Below, piece by piece: positions 40,318-51,060 of a stretch of DNA of 64,000 bases (the first letter of the stretch is position 1; each line of letters opens with the position of its first letter). The stretch lies in contig OY970230.1 in the NCBI GenBank assembly GCA_963714095.1, forward strand, positions 532,084 to 596,083, given 5' to 3'. The notes beneath the pieces were generated by a model. The model searched no databases. It had not been told where the DNA came from and saw nothing but the letters and a program-made list of their open reading frames with translations. The translations under genes were made by a program, and so were the position numbers. This DNA is from Candidatus Gottesmanbacteria bacterium (GTDB taxonomy: Bacteria > Patescibacteriota > Microgenomatia > UBA10105 > UBA927).

Positions 40318-41747
40318 AATTTGAAGAAGGGTATACATATGATGATGTACTCCTGGTTCCACAACGGTCATTTATTGATCACCGGCGCCAGATATCAATC
40401 GCCACAAAGCTCACCCGTTCAATACCCATGAATCTTCCGTTCATTTCTGCAAACATGGATACGGTAACGGAATCGGCAATGGCCATTGCGCTTGCCACCG
40501 AAGGAGGAATCGGTATTATCCACCGGTTCATGACAATCGAAAAACAAGTGGAGGAAGTATCGAAAGTAAAACGGAATGTCGGATTTATTCTTGATGCTCC
40601 CTACACCATCGGCCCTAAAGATACCATCCAGACGGCGATGGAGAAAAAGACTAAAACAGGGATAGATTGTTTTATCGTCGTTGACGAAACCAATCATGTG
40701 GTAGGTATTCTTTCGCGGCGGGATTACCAATTTATCGATTCGCTGACGACTCCCGTACATTCCGTTATGACACCTCGGAATAAGCTTATTGTCGGAAACA
40801 GAAAAATATCAACCAGGGATGCAAAAGAGATATTTTCGACGAAAAAAATTGAAAAGTTGCCGCTTATTGATAAGAACAATGTTCTTGTCGGCCTCATTAC
40901 CGCCCGTTCGATACGGAATTTCGAAAAATTCCCCTATTCGACCAAAGATTCATTCGGTCGGTACCGAGTCGGGGCTGCCGTGGGCGTTGTCAATGATTAT
41001 CTGGACAGAACGAAGGCGCTGCTTGATGCGGGGGCTGATGTGATTGTTGTCGATGTTGCTCACGGGCATAATGATGTATCCCTGCGGGCATTAAAAACTA
41101 TCCGGAAAAAATATAAACACATTGATCTTATCGGCGGCAATGTTGCAACACCCGAAGGAGTGCGGGATCTCATTGCCTGCGGGGTTGACGCAGTCAAAGT
41201 CGGCATCGGTCCCGGGGGGCTCTGTACCACCCGAATAGTTGCCGGCGTGGGCGTACCGCAATTAACAGCCGTTATGCAGGCAGCGGCGGCGGCAAAACGA
41301 TCTGGGGTGCCGATTATAGCCGACGGAGGAACCAATTACCCCGGAGATATGACCAAAGCACTCGCGGCCGGCGCGTCCGCGCTCATGCTTGCCGGATGGT
41401 TTGCAGGAACCGATGAAAGCCCCGGCGGAATCATTATGCGGAAAGGAACGAAATTTAAAGTTCACCGTGGATCTGCATCGTTTCTCGCGACCGCTGACCG
41501 AAAGTTAAATCTTGAGCGGTCAACAGAAAGCCGGCTCAATTCCATAGTTGCCGAAGGCGTGGAGGCACTTATTCCCTATAAAGGGAACGTTGCTGATGTC
41601 ATTTATCAACTCGGTGGGGCTCTTAAATCCGGCATGAGCTACTGTAACGCAAAAACAATTCCGGCGCTATGGAAAAATGCACGGTTTATTAAAATAACTG
41701 ATGCGGGTCTGCGGGAAAGCAAATCTCACAACGTCGAAGAATTATAA
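40314..41747 (+). CDS. guaB: IMP dehydrogenase/GMP reductase family protein with CBS domains (may be a GMP reductase)
   Basis: [38 protein letters not shown]; has GSAS and lacks the RY flap dyad. Confidence 0.85.
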   Translation: MKFEEGYTYDDVLLVPQRSFIDHRRQISIATKLTRSIPMNLPFISANMDTVTESAMAIALATEGGIGIIHRFMTIEKQVEEVSKVKRNVGFILDAPYTIGPKDTIQTAMEKKTKTGIDCFIVVDETNHVVGILSRRDYQFIDSLTTPVHSVMTPRNKLIVGNRKISTRDAKEIFSTKKIEKLPLIDKNNVLVGLITARSIRNFEKFPYSTKDSFGRYRVGAAVGVVNDYLDRTKALLDAGADVIVVDVAHGHNDVSLRALKTIRKKYKHIDLIGGNVATPEGVRDLIACGVDAVKVGIGPGGLCTTRIVAGVGVPQLTAVMQAAAAAKRSGVPIIADGGTNYPGDMTKALAAGASALMLAGWFAGTDESPGGIIMRKGTKFKVHRGSASFLATADRKLNLERSTESRLNSIVAEGVEALIPYKGNVADVIYQLGGALKSGMSYCNAKTIPALWKNARFIKITDAGLRESKSHNVEEL

Positions 41748-41750
41748 TAC

Positions 41751-42842
41751 CTATTCCAAATAGTCTTTTAGTTTTTTACTTCTTGACGGGTGACGAAGCT
41801 TTCGTAATGCTTTAGCCTCTATCTGTCGGATGCGTTCGCGGGTGACACCGAACTGTGCACCTACCTCTTCGAGCGTCCGCGGGCGTCCGTCCTCCAAACC
41901 AAAACGGAGAATGAGTACCTTTTTCTCGCGGTCGGAAAGCGTTGTTAACACTTCTTCCATGTGCTCTTTCAAAAGTTGACGGCTGGTCTGTTCATACGGA
42001 GTCGGACCCGGATCGGAGATAAAGTCACCGAGATGCGAGTCTTCCTCATCACCGACCGGCGTTTCCAACGACGTGGGCTCCTGTGACACCTTCATGATTT
42101 CACGGACTTTGGTCACATCCACTTCCATGACCTTGGCAATTTCCTCCGGTGTGGGCTCGCGGCCAAGGTCCTGCATCAGGCGGCGCGACGCGCGGACGAA
42201 CCGGTTAATCGTTTCCACCATGTGAACGGGGATGCGGATAGTGCGTGCTTGATCGGCAATCGCACGGGTAATGGCCTGACGGATCCACCACGTGGCATAC
42301 GTAGAAAATTTATAGCCTTTTCGCCAATCGTACTTTTCAACCGCACGGATAAGACCCTGGTTTCCTTCCTGAATAAGATCCAGGAGACTCATGCCGCGCC
42401 CGATGTACTTTTTTGCAATGGAAACGACGAGGCGTAGGTTAGACTCTATCAGTTTTTTCTTTGCTTTCCGGTCTCCTTTTTCATACCGTTTGGCAAGCGA
42501 AATTTCGTCGGCAAACGTAAGAAGCGGGATACGCCCAATTTCCTTAAGATACATGCGTACCGGATCGGAAACACCCTCCGCAGACGCGCGGACGAGCGCT
42601 TCTATTTCTTTTTCCAAATCCTGAATGGATTTATTTGCCTCTTTCTCTATATCCTGGGATGTGGTTTCAAAAACGTCGATTCCGGCGTGAATGAGCTTCC
42701 CGTACAATTCGTCAAGTTCTTTGATATGGTCCTCAGGCTTTGGATAGAGAAAAAGAATATCGTCCTGGGTAATAAAACCGTTGCTTTTTCCTTCCTTGAT
42801 GAGATCGGCAACAGTGGCGAGGGTTTTGGGTTTCGTGGCCAT
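41751..42842 (-). CDS. rpoD: Primary RNA polymerase sigma-70 factor
   Basis: [48 protein letters not shown]. Confidence 0.97.
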   Translation of the reverse strand: MATKPKTLATVADLIKEGKSNGFITQDDILFLYPKPEDHIKELDELYGKLIHAGIDVFETTSQDIEKEANKSIQDLEKEIEALVRASAEGVSDPVRMYLKEIGRIPLLTFADEISLAKRYEKGDRKAKKKLIESNLRLVVSIAKKYIGRGMSLLDLIQEGNQGLIRAVEKYDWRKGYKFSTYATWWIRQAITRAIADQARTIRIPVHMVETINRFVRASRRLMQDLGREPTPEEIAKVMEVDVTKVREIMKVSQEPTSLETPVGDEEDSHLGDFISDPGPTPYEQTSRQLLKEHMEEVLTTLSDREKKVLILRFGLEDGRPRTLEEVGAQFGVTRERIRQIEAKALRKLRHPSRSKKLKDYLE

Positions 42843-42906
42843 AGGTTCCGTAAATCATTGTCAGCCGACTGACAATAGATCACGCTTCAGCTGTAGTATA
42901 CCAGAT

Positions 42907-44673
42907 TTACCCATTTTTTTCCAGAGCCTTTAGACGGTCCGTAAGCGCCCGGAGCTCATCATCCTCATCTGATGTCGAGTCCATGTGATGCATGCGCAGA
43001 GTCAACACCTGAATTTTCCGCTTTACACCGGCGCGTTCCAGCTCGCGAAGCACTGAGACCCATTCACGGGCAAAAAGTTCTTCATCATCAAGCAGGTCCC
43101 CGATGTCCCACAAAAACGCCTCATCTAACGTCGGCACCAGTTCAACGGGAAGGGAATCGGCAAAATCCTTTATAAGAAATACACTATTGGTTGATAAAAA
43201 TGATTTCAGGCGTACCAAAATTTTCTGCACTGCAGGATTGGCGATATCCGTCAGACTGATTTTTTCCGATAATTCTTCAAAGAGCTCCGTTGTTTTTCCC
43301 TGAAGAACCAATGCCAATACGTACGTTTCCAATTTTTGCGACCGCGTCGTTGCCTCGGCTTGACTTTCATCTGTCTTTACACTCATCCCTGCGCCCCGAG
43401 AAATCCGCCGCATGCTTTCCGCAATCGTTTCCTCTGAGCTGTCCAGAGTCTTGGCTAATTTTTTTACGTAATGCCCCTGTACGATAGGGTTTTCGATTTT
43501 ATCGAGTATCGGTAACAATTCCTCGCTTATCTTTTTCTTTCCGAATGCACTGCTTACATCAAAACGTTTGACAGCGGAAGAAATGAAATAATCATAAATG
43601 GGAATTGCATGTTTAATGGCTTTTTTAACAGCCACAGCGTCTTCCCGAACTGCCTCGTCGGGGTCTTTCCCTGACGTAAGAACGACTACACGCATGTCCA
43701 AACCCGCCCGGTCGGCGATTTCTATCCCGCGACGGCTAGCTGCGTCTCCCGCCATATCGCTGTCCAAGGCAAACGCAAGACGCTCTGTATACCGCCTGAT
43801 AAGATTAACATGCCCTTCTGTGAGCGCAGACCCTTTAATGGCAACTACATTCCCTATCCCGGCTTGAAACGACGAAATAAGATCCAATTCCCCCTCCATG
43901 ACAATCGCCTCGTTTTCCTTCTGGATTGCAGCTTTAGTCACATCCAACCCGTACAGCACGTTGCCTTTGATATACACCGGCGTTTCCGAGGTGTTAATAT
44001 ATTTCGCTTCTTTTACGGTAGGATCCAATACCCTGCCCGAAAATCCAACCACATTGCCACGATGATCTTTAAGGGTAAACATCACCCTGCCGCGGAACCT
44101 GTCATAGTAGCCACTCCCGCCGGACCTACCGATCGTAAGCCCTGCAGCAGCCAGCAGTGCCGCGTCATACCCTTTTTTCTTTAAATAAGAAGACATTGTG
44201 TCCCAACTGTTCGGGCTGTAACCCAAACCAAACGTATTCACGGACCTTTCAGAGACTCCTCGGTGCTTAAGGTATTCACGCGCAGACCCGCCCAGTTTAT
44301 GTTTGGTAAGAATGTACTGATAATACTCGCTTGCCAGATGGTTGACTTCAAATATTTTTTGTTTCAACTTTGCTTCTGGCGTTTCCCCGATGCTGCGGGT
44401 AAGTTTTACGCCGGTCACCTCTGCCAATTCCTCCAACGCCTCAACAAAATCTACATGGTCATATTCCATGACAAAAGCAAGAATATCTCCCCCCTTGCCG
44501 CACCCGAAACAGTGGAACGTCTGCCGCTCGGGGCTGACGATAAAAGACGGGGTTTTCTCGTTGTGGAAGGGGCATAAACCCTTAAAATTCCTGCCGGTTT
44601 TCTTGAGCGTCACGCGCTTTCCGATAAAATCAACAATGTTGATGCGGGATTTAATTTCGTCAGTATCGCTCAT
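42907..44673 (-). CDS. dnaG: DNA primase
   Basis: CPFHNEKTPSF..CFGC zinc finger, KYINT, EGELD, DSD toprim, KDPDE. Confidence 0.97.
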   Translation of the reverse strand: MSDTDEIKSRINIVDFIGKRVTLKKTGRNFKGLCPFHNEKTPSFIVSPERQTFHCFGCGKGGDILAFVMEYDHVDFVEALEELAEVTGVKLTRSIGETPEAKLKQKIFEVNHLASEYYQYILTKHKLGGSAREYLKHRGVSERSVNTFGLGYSPNSWDTMSSYLKKKGYDAALLAAAGLTIGRSGGSGYYDRFRGRVMFTLKDHRGNVVGFSGRVLDPTVKEAKYINTSETPVYIKGNVLYGLDVTKAAIQKENEAIVMEGELDLISSFQAGIGNVVAIKGSALTEGHVNLIRRYTERLAFALDSDMAGDAASRRGIEIADRAGLDMRVVVLTSGKDPDEAVREDAVAVKKAIKHAIPIYDYFISSAVKRFDVSSAFGKKKISEELLPILDKIENPIVQGHYVKKLAKTLDSSEETIAESMRRISRGAGMSVKTDESQAEATTRSQKLETYVLALVLQGKTTELFEELSEKISLTDIANPAVQKILVRLKSFLSTNSVFLIKDFADSLPVELVPTLDEAFLWDIGDLLDDEELFAREWVSVLRELERAGVKRKIQVLTLRMHHMDSTSDEDDELRALTDRLKALEKNG

Positions 44674-44694
44674 AGCAAGCGAAGAATAGCACAC

Positions 44695-45165
44695 TTATAC
44701 AACTATCGGTAGCGGAAACGGAGTTTTCCTATATGTAAGATATAAGCCAATACTTTCACCATGATCAAATGCAAAAGCAGAGAGCGGAATAAGTTTGTCA
44801 ACCGGAATCCATTCAACTTTGGAAGATTCATGGTCCGGATCTCCGGTTTTTTGAATGGGCTTCACTAAAAATTCAATTGAAACATTCTGCCGGTCCTCGT
44901 GCGGCCGGTCGGGATTCGTATTGATGCGGAAAAGGGAAATAACCTCACAATCCCAGCCTGTTTCCTCTTTTACTTCACGGATAATGGCATGAGCAGCAGT
45001 TTCATCGCGTTCCAAGAATCCAGAAGGCAATCCCCACTTGCCGCTTTCCAAAAGATTCCCTGTCCGCTTCTCGAGGAGTAATTTTCCGTCCATCTCAATG
45101 ATGGCATGTACTACCACGTGCCGCAGGTTTGCCTTATTTCCGTTCTCAAATGTACAGGTGATCAT
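44695..45165 (-). CDS. NUDIX hydrolase
   Basis: PSG..E..E.....IIREVKEETG, AFDH. Confidence 0.9.
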   Translation of the reverse strand: MITCTFENGNKANLRHVVVHAIIEMDGKLLLEKRTGNLLESGKWGLPSGFLERDETAAHAIIREVKEETGWDCEVISLFRINTNPDRPHEDRQNVSIEFLVKPIQKTGDPDHESSKVEWIPVDKLIPLSAFAFDHGESIGLYLTYRKTPFPLPIVV

Positions 45166-45182
45166 ATATGCACCTATTCAAT

Positions 45183-46373
45183 CTATTTCTTTTTCCGGAA
45201 AGAAACAAATAACACCTGGCGTAACACAAAACATACATTTATAAATTGAATGCCTGCTAGATATTCTAAAGGAATAATAATTTTAAAAAATAAATATGGA
45301 ATATAGCTTAATAAGGATACCTCAGGTACCGTAAGTATAAGAAAAAAATATCGCGGGTTATAAAAAACGTAAATAATAGATAAAACATCAGCAAGATAAA
45401 AATACCGCTCATGCATTTTCGGAAGAACAAAGGGTAATAAAAGTGCCGATGCGAAGGAAATCAGTATAATAGTATCTTTTGTTAATTCAACTTTATGTTT
45501 GACTAAAAATAGTATAAACGCAGCAAGTACAATGAACGCAAACACTAATCCGGCGGGATATTCATAAGAGAAAAAGCCATTCGGAAGCCACTGATATAAA
45601 TTCGGTGCATTTAATGTCAATACCTTATTTTCATTAATAATAGTCATAAAAATAGATAACAAATTTTGTACTGATACTCCATTAAGTAAAGCGGGCATAA
45701 ATGACATAATGATGACAACGGGAACAATTATTATTTTTTTCAACTCTATATGTTGTCTCGCGAACAATACGATGAATAATGGCAATATGAATATTGATTG
45801 CAGTTTAAAAGAAAGAGCTAAGCCCAAAAATACTAATGCAATTACCTGTTTTCTTTTTAAGAGATAGTAAATAGAAGCTATAACAAAAGATGTGTAAATA
45901 CTATCGCATTGACCCCAAAAAGAACCATTAAGGATGACGGTCGGCATAAATAACGTTGTTATATACGCAATAACGGGAAGCATGCTGTTTTCATATTTAA
46001 GCTGCACTATTTTATAAACATACCAGGCACAAATAATATCAAAAATAATGGAAATACCTTTTATAACAAACAGGCCCTGCATTTGTGGAAGCACAGCATG
46101 ACTGAAAATAAGCAAATAATAATAAGCAGGAAAATAGTCATTAATGAGATACTTCAGTACCCCTAATCCCGGATATTGAATAATTATGCGGTACCAAACT
46201 GCAAGACAATCGGTATAATCTTTAGTTTTAAAAAAAAGGAGCTCTAATCGTAATAAAATCGCAATAACGGTTCCGACTATAAACACTACGTTCTCAATCA
46301 ATTTTATTTTACAGTTCATACAATACATCCAGTAGTATGTATTCAATAAAATGAGAAACAATTCCCCATACAC
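45183..46373 (-). CDS. GT-C membrane mannosyltransferase-like protein (GT87/DUF2029-like); AT-rich
   Basis: NGSFWGQCDSI, SFKLQ, LTLNAPN, LPKMHERY. Confidence 0.8.
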   Translation of the reverse strand: MYGELFLILLNTYYWMYCMNCKIKLIENVVFIVGTVIAILLRLELLFFKTKDYTDCLAVWYRIIIQYPGLGVLKYLINDYFPAYYYLLIFSHAVLPQMQGLFVIKGISIIFDIICAWYVYKIVQLKYENSMLPVIAYITTLFMPTVILNGSFWGQCDSIYTSFVIASIYYLLKRKQVIALVFLGLALSFKLQSIFILPLFIVLFARQHIELKKIIIVPVVIIMSFMPALLNGVSVQNLLSIFMTIINENKVLTLNAPNLYQWLPNGFFSYEYPAGLVFAFIVLAAFILFLVKHKVELTKDTIILISFASALLLPFVLPKMHERYFYLADVLSIIYVFYNPRYFFLILTVPEVSLLSYIPYLFFKIIIPLEYLAGIQFINVCFVLRQVLFVSFRKKK

Positions 46374-46472
46374 ATCTTTCTATGCTCGTTTATTCTACCA
46401 GATTCCGGTGTTTTCATATCTTCATGCCATTTCAAATAACAATGTACTCTATAGTGGTATAATTTTGATAAA

Positions 46473-47744
46473 ATGATTCGATTGCCTGATTTCCGTCGTG
46501 TATCCCGTCTGAAAAATCAGATCGTGGAGCGTATTACTGACCATAAAACTCTGATTACGGTCTCTAGTATTATAGTAATTTCTCTGATTGCATTCGGAGT
46601 TTTTGCAGTTAAACTCAGAGCGTATCTTCTCTCTAAAATAGAAACGGTTCAACAAACCACCGCACAACCTCCTCCGAGTGATATTTATTATGCCACAACC
46701 GCCGGTGATTTGAGTTCAAATTTTACGAGTCTCTATGCTTCTGATGCCGGCGTTTTGGAAGTTTCACCTGCTGTCGAAAACGATGAAACGTTTCCTACTC
46801 CCACACCATATCCGATTGTTACAGAGGCCCCTCTTCCTGTGGTTACGCCTGAACCAATCACCACCACGGACACATCTTCTGCCTCTTCCTGTACCGGGAC
46901 GCCCACAGTAGATAATTCGCAGGTATATGTCTCTCCCAGTACAACGCAGGTTAATAGCACATCGACCATTTCTGTAGATCTGTCTGATTGTAACAATACG
47001 ACCGCACCGGTAACTGACACCCTGACCATTGCACTCGTTAGCGGCGATTCTGGCACAAAAATAAACGGTTCATTAGCTCCGGTAACCATAGAGACACAAA
47101 ATGGGAAAGTATCGTTTTCTGTAACATCACCTAACGCCACGACAGCAACCTTTCTTATCACCGATACCACGCGGTCATTCCAGGTTACCACCCCTGGATA
47201 TCACAACCCAAGCGTAACATTTACCAATAACAGTTCAGGAAACGCACATTGCACTACTGCGGCAGGTGTGCCGAACTTATGGTATTCCGACGTGTATCCA
47301 AATCCTCCGATTTCAACAACAAACGGTTCTATAGGGCTGATCGTTGACATATATGACTGTAATCAACAACTGGCACCGGTATCCGACACATTAAATATTT
47401 CTGTAAGTTCAGGAAATTCCGATACACAGATGAATGGGGGGAGCCTGCCGCAAAATGTTACGACGCAAAATGGTGAGGCAAGGTTTACCATTTCATCTCA
47501 AATGAACGGCACGGTCACACTGAGTGTCCAGGATACCACCAGTGGATTTACCGTAACCAACATAAATAGCGCTAATCCGAGTATAACGTTCAGCGGTTCA
47601 CCAGCATCAACACCGACAGATACGCCTACCCCCACACCTGCTCCTGTATCTACTGATACGCCCACGCCGGTACCAACAGATACGCCTACCCCCACACCTG
47701 CATCGCCAAATACCCCAACATCGAATCCAACCGGCCCTTCATAA
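46473..47744 (+). CDS. Membrane-anchored surface protein with two invasin-like Ig repeats and Pro/Thr tail
   Basis: TM; duplicated unit D.DCN...APV.DTL.I...SG.S.T..NG...TQNG. Confidence 0.75.
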   Translation: MIRLPDFRRVSRLKNQIVERITDHKTLITVSSIIVISLIAFGVFAVKLRAYLLSKIETVQQTTAQPPPSDIYYATTAGDLSSNFTSLYASDAGVLEVSPAVENDETFPTPTPYPIVTEAPLPVVTPEPITTTDTSSASSCTGTPTVDNSQVYVSPSTTQVNSTSTISVDLSDCNNTTAPVTDTLTIALVSGDSGTKINGSLAPVTIETQNGKVSFSVTSPNATTATFLITDTTRSFQVTTPGYHNPSVTFTNNSSGNAHCTTAAGVPNLWYSDVYPNPPISTTNGSIGLIVDIYDCNQQLAPVSDTLNISVSSGNSDTQMNGGSLPQNVTTQNGEARFTISSQMNGTVTLSVQDTTSGFTVTNINSANPSITFSGSPASTPTDTPTPTPAPVSTDTPTPVPTDTPTPTPASPNTPTSNPTGPS

Positions 47745-47805
47745 GAATACGTTTCTTTAAAACCATACTCTTTACTTATTTTATTGCCCGGTTTACTCTT
47801 AAACT

Positions 47806-48603
47806 ATGGATGAAAATGAAAAAGGGTATGTTACGTTACTGCTTCTGATACTTATCGCATTCGGATTTTTATTAAGCGGCGGGCTGATGCCCCTGTTGCA
47901 GCAGCCTCCTGCAAATGCAACCGGGTATTCATTGATAAATCCACCTGTGAGTTCATCTTCATCCACACTTCAACTACAAAGTCTGAATTTTGTCCTTGGC
48001 GCCTGTGATCCAGGTTACTTGGAATCTGGAGAACCGGGAATTCTCTATGCTGCCAAACCAGGACCCAACGATATTGCATCTGCCACCGATACGATAAAAT
48101 TGTGGTATAGTGACGAACACGCATTAACCCTGGGAGTAGGAGCAATTTCTCCTATGGTTAATCATCCTGTAGACCAGATAGCAAATCCTCAGGTTGGTGA
48201 TACAACACAAAGAGATCCGTATGGATTCCCTCAATTTCCGGCGCTGTTTATTGTTGATGTGACGTTTGACCCAAAAAATACTGTCGGAGATGCACAACAT
48301 GGAGGAATACCGATTCCGCCGTCAATAGTGTATGGGACATGGAAAGCCGCAAATGCAGCTGATCCGCCGGCAAACGGCTGGAATGTCGGGGCGGGCGATC
48401 CTTTTCCTTCACAGCCTACCAATATTCAACACAGTGGCACCACCCGTATTGAGAATGAGTATGGTGCGGAAATAGAATGGAATATTAGCAGCTTGAATCT
48501 TGCTCCGGGGCATTCATATAAGGCACAATTTGTTGTTCATGACGGTGATTCAAATAGGGCTGGTGGAGATATTGGTATCGGATGCACAACGGTGAGAATG
48601 TAA
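47806..48603 (+). CDS. Membrane-anchored hypothetical protein with pilin-like N-terminus
   Basis: EKG|YVTLLLLIL hydrophobic start; WYSDEHALTLG, VHDGD. Confidence 0.75.
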   Translation: MDENEKGYVTLLLLILIAFGFLLSGGLMPLLQQPPANATGYSLINPPVSSSSSTLQLQSLNFVLGACDPGYLESGEPGILYAAKPGPNDIASATDTIKLWYSDEHALTLGVGAISPMVNHPVDQIANPQVGDTTQRDPYGFPQFPALFIVDVTFDPKNTVGDAQHGGIPIPPSIVYGTWKAANAADPPANGWNVGAGDPFPSQPTNIQHSGTTRIENEYGAEIEWNISSLNLAPGHSYKAQFVVHDGDSNRAGGDIGIGCTTVRM

Positions 48604-48608
48604 GATTG

Positions 48609-51029
48609 TTATCCTTCAGTGGACGGATGAGCCGGGGCAGGCGTACCTATCGGTGGAGCTGTTGGAGAAACTGGTTGCGGCGGGGGGGCTTTTTGGAATG
48701 TATATGCTTCTTTTGTTTCATCGAAACCAACGATAATCGTATCACCGGAAATAAATTGTTTCTGTATGAGCATCGTTGCAATAGGATTTTCTATTGCAGA
48801 CTGGATAAGTCTCCGCAAAGGTCTAGCGCCGTACATCGGGTCGAATCCTTCTTTCGCCAGCTGTTCTAACGCTTTTGGCTCAGTCGTGAGTGTCACCTGC
48901 TGTTCGATAAGAAGTTTTGCAGTTTTTTGTAACTGTAGGCGTGCAATTTCCAGCATATGTTTTTGTCTCAGGGGATCAAAAATAATAATATCGTCAAATC
49001 TGTTTAGAAGCTCCGGTTTAAAAAATTTATGCAGTTCATTTTCAACCAGAGTCTTCACATGCTTAAATTCCTCAGATAACGTGTTTTCTTTCTTTTGCAG
49101 TTCCTGCTGAATAAGACTGCTTCCTATATTTGAGGTTGCTATAATAATGGTGTTTTTGAAAGAAATAGTATTACCTTTATTATCCGTAAGCCTTCCGTCT
49201 TCCAAAATCTGCAGCAAAATATTAAAAACGTCTGCATGTGCTTTCTCTATCTCATCGAAAAGCACAACGGAATATGGCTTTGTCCGAACTGCCTCTGTGA
49301 GCTGACCACCCTCTTCATATCCTACATAACCCGGTGGTGCACCGATGAGTTTCGCGACTTCATGCTTTTCCATATATTCGCTCATATCAAGCCGTATCAT
49401 TGCCTCTTCTTTTCCGAAAAGAATTTCTGCAAGCGTTTTAGCCAATTCTGTTTTTCCGACTCCGGTCGGTCCGAGGAAAATAAATGATGCGATAGGGCGG
49501 CTCACATTTGTAAGTCCTATTCTCCCTCTTCGCACAGATTGGGCAATTGCCTGTACCGCGATTTCCTGATTAATGAGGCGCTTGTGGATAAAATCCTCCA
49601 AGTGCAATAGTTTCTCGCTTTCATCCTCATTCAGTTTTGTTATGGGAATATTTGTCCACTTACTGATAACGAGCTCTATATCCTGGCGATTTACTTCCGT
49701 TGACGTGCGTTTCTTGGATTCTGCAGCAAGCTTTACATCTGCTGCCGCTTCATCTAAGACGTCAACTGCTTTATCAGGCAGGTATCTGTCCCCGATATAC
49801 CGTTTGGACAACTTGACCGCTTCCACGATAGCTTCATCGCTGAAGGTTACTTTATGAAATGCTTCGTATTTTGGCTTGAGCACGTTAATCATTTTTATTG
49901 CGGCTTCTTCTGTGGGCTCTTCAACCAACACAGTCTGAAACCTGCGTTCAAACGCTTTGTCCTTTTCAATATATCTTCTGTATTCACTAATAGTTGAACT
50001 ACCAATAATCTGTAGTTGCCCCCTGGCGATATACGGCTTAATAATATTTGAAGCATCCAGCGAACCCTCTGTTTGCCCGGCACCGATAAGCGTGTGGATT
50101 TCGTCAATAAAGAGAATAATTTTTCCCGAAGAAACCTGAACTTCCTTTATGACGTTTCGGAGTCTTTCTTCAAACTCTCCCCGATGAGCTGCACCCGCAA
50201 CCAAAGCAGCAATCTCTATTTGCACAATGCGTTTGCCCAGAAGCTCTTGCGGGACTTTCCCTTCAACAATCCGGGAGGCCAACCCTTCGACAACTGCGGT
50301 TTTCCCGACGCCTGCATTGCCGATAATGACGGGATTATTTTTTATTCGTCGCAGGAGTATATGCATTGTCCGTTCGATCTCATTTTCCCGCTCTGCAACC
50401 GGGTCAAGCTTGCCTTCTTCGGCAAGCTTCGTGATGTCTGTCCCAAACTCCAACAGCACGGATTTATTACCGAAATTATACTTTGTGGAGTTTGCCAGCT
50501 TTTCCTGGACCTTTTCTTTTTGTATTCCCTGCGCGGCCAGCATTGAAGATGCGGCAATTGTGCTTGACATAAACGCCATAAGGATATCTTCCGGCATAAC
50601 AAAGTCCATTTTTCTGTCTTTCGCCAATACAAATGCCTGTTCCAAAAGTCTTTTCGTGTCTTCACCGAGGCTTGGCTGTCCTTCAAACATCCCTGGTCGC
50701 TCCTGCGATTGAATTTCTCTGACAATATCTCCGACTTTTAATGAAAATTGCTCAATGAGTTGGAAAATTTCCTGATCGTTTAAAAGACCTAAAAGCAGTT
50801 GCTCCGGCGCTATGGCAGGCTGTTTTATACGCATTGTTTCACTCTGCGCGGCATGCAGAACCTGCAGGGATCGCTGATCTAAGTGGGTTAATACCGTCAT
50901 ATCTTCTTTAGTCGTAGGGGAAACGACAGAATTAACCTGGGGTGTTGGAGGAGGCGGAGCAGGCGGAGGACCCGCTATATCCGCCTCTTGAGTAATCGGC
51001 TGTGTTTTTGAAAATAAAGAATCGAACAT
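48609..51029 (-). CDS. ClpA/B/C family AAA+ ATPase (Hsp100), two NBDs
   Basis: Clp-N repeats; GNAGVGKT, FIDEIH, GPTGVGKT, GAPPGYVGY, GARPLRR. Confidence 0.93.
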   Translation of the reverse strand: MFDSLFSKTQPITQEADIAGPPPAPPPPTPQVNSVVSPTTKEDMTVLTHLDQRSLQVLHAAQSETMRIKQPAIAPEQLLLGLLNDQEIFQLIEQFSLKVGDIVREIQSQERPGMFEGQPSLGEDTKRLLEQAFVLAKDRKMDFVMPEDILMAFMSSTIAASSMLAAQGIQKEKVQEKLANSTKYNFGNKSVLLEFGTDITKLAEEGKLDPVAERENEIERTMHILLRRIKNNPVIIGNAGVGKTAVVEGLASRIVEGKVPQELLGKRIVQIEIAALVAGAAHRGEFEERLRNVIKEVQVSSGKIILFIDEIHTLIGAGQTEGSLDASNIIKPYIARGQLQIIGSSTISEYRRYIEKDKAFERRFQTVLVEEPTEEAAIKMINVLKPKYEAFHKVTFSDEAIVEAVKLSKRYIGDRYLPDKAVDVLDEAAADVKLAAESKKRTSTEVNRQDIELVISKWTNIPITKLNEDESEKLLHLEDFIHKRLINQEIAVQAIAQSVRRGRIGLTNVSRPIASFIFLGPTGVGKTELAKTLAEILFGKEEAMIRLDMSEYMEKHEVAKLIGAPPGYVGYEEGGQLTEAVRTKPYSVVLFDEIEKAHADVFNILLQILEDGRLTDNKGNTISFKNTIIIATSNIGSSLIQQELQKKENTLSEEFKHVKTLVENELHKFFKPELLNRFDDIIIFDPLRQKHMLEIARLQLQKTAKLLIEQQVTLTTEPKALEQLAKEGFDPMYGARPLRRLIQSAIENPIATMLIQKQFISGDTIIVGFDETKEAYTFQKAPPPQPVSPTAPPIGTPAPAHPSTEG

Positions 51030-51060
51030 ACTTTATTATGCACAGAGATGCACAGGGTCG

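Noticed and set aside
47616-47701. 26-bp direct repeat ACAGATACGCCTACCCCCACACCTGC
   Set aside because: In-frame coding repeat of the TDTPTPTPA linker
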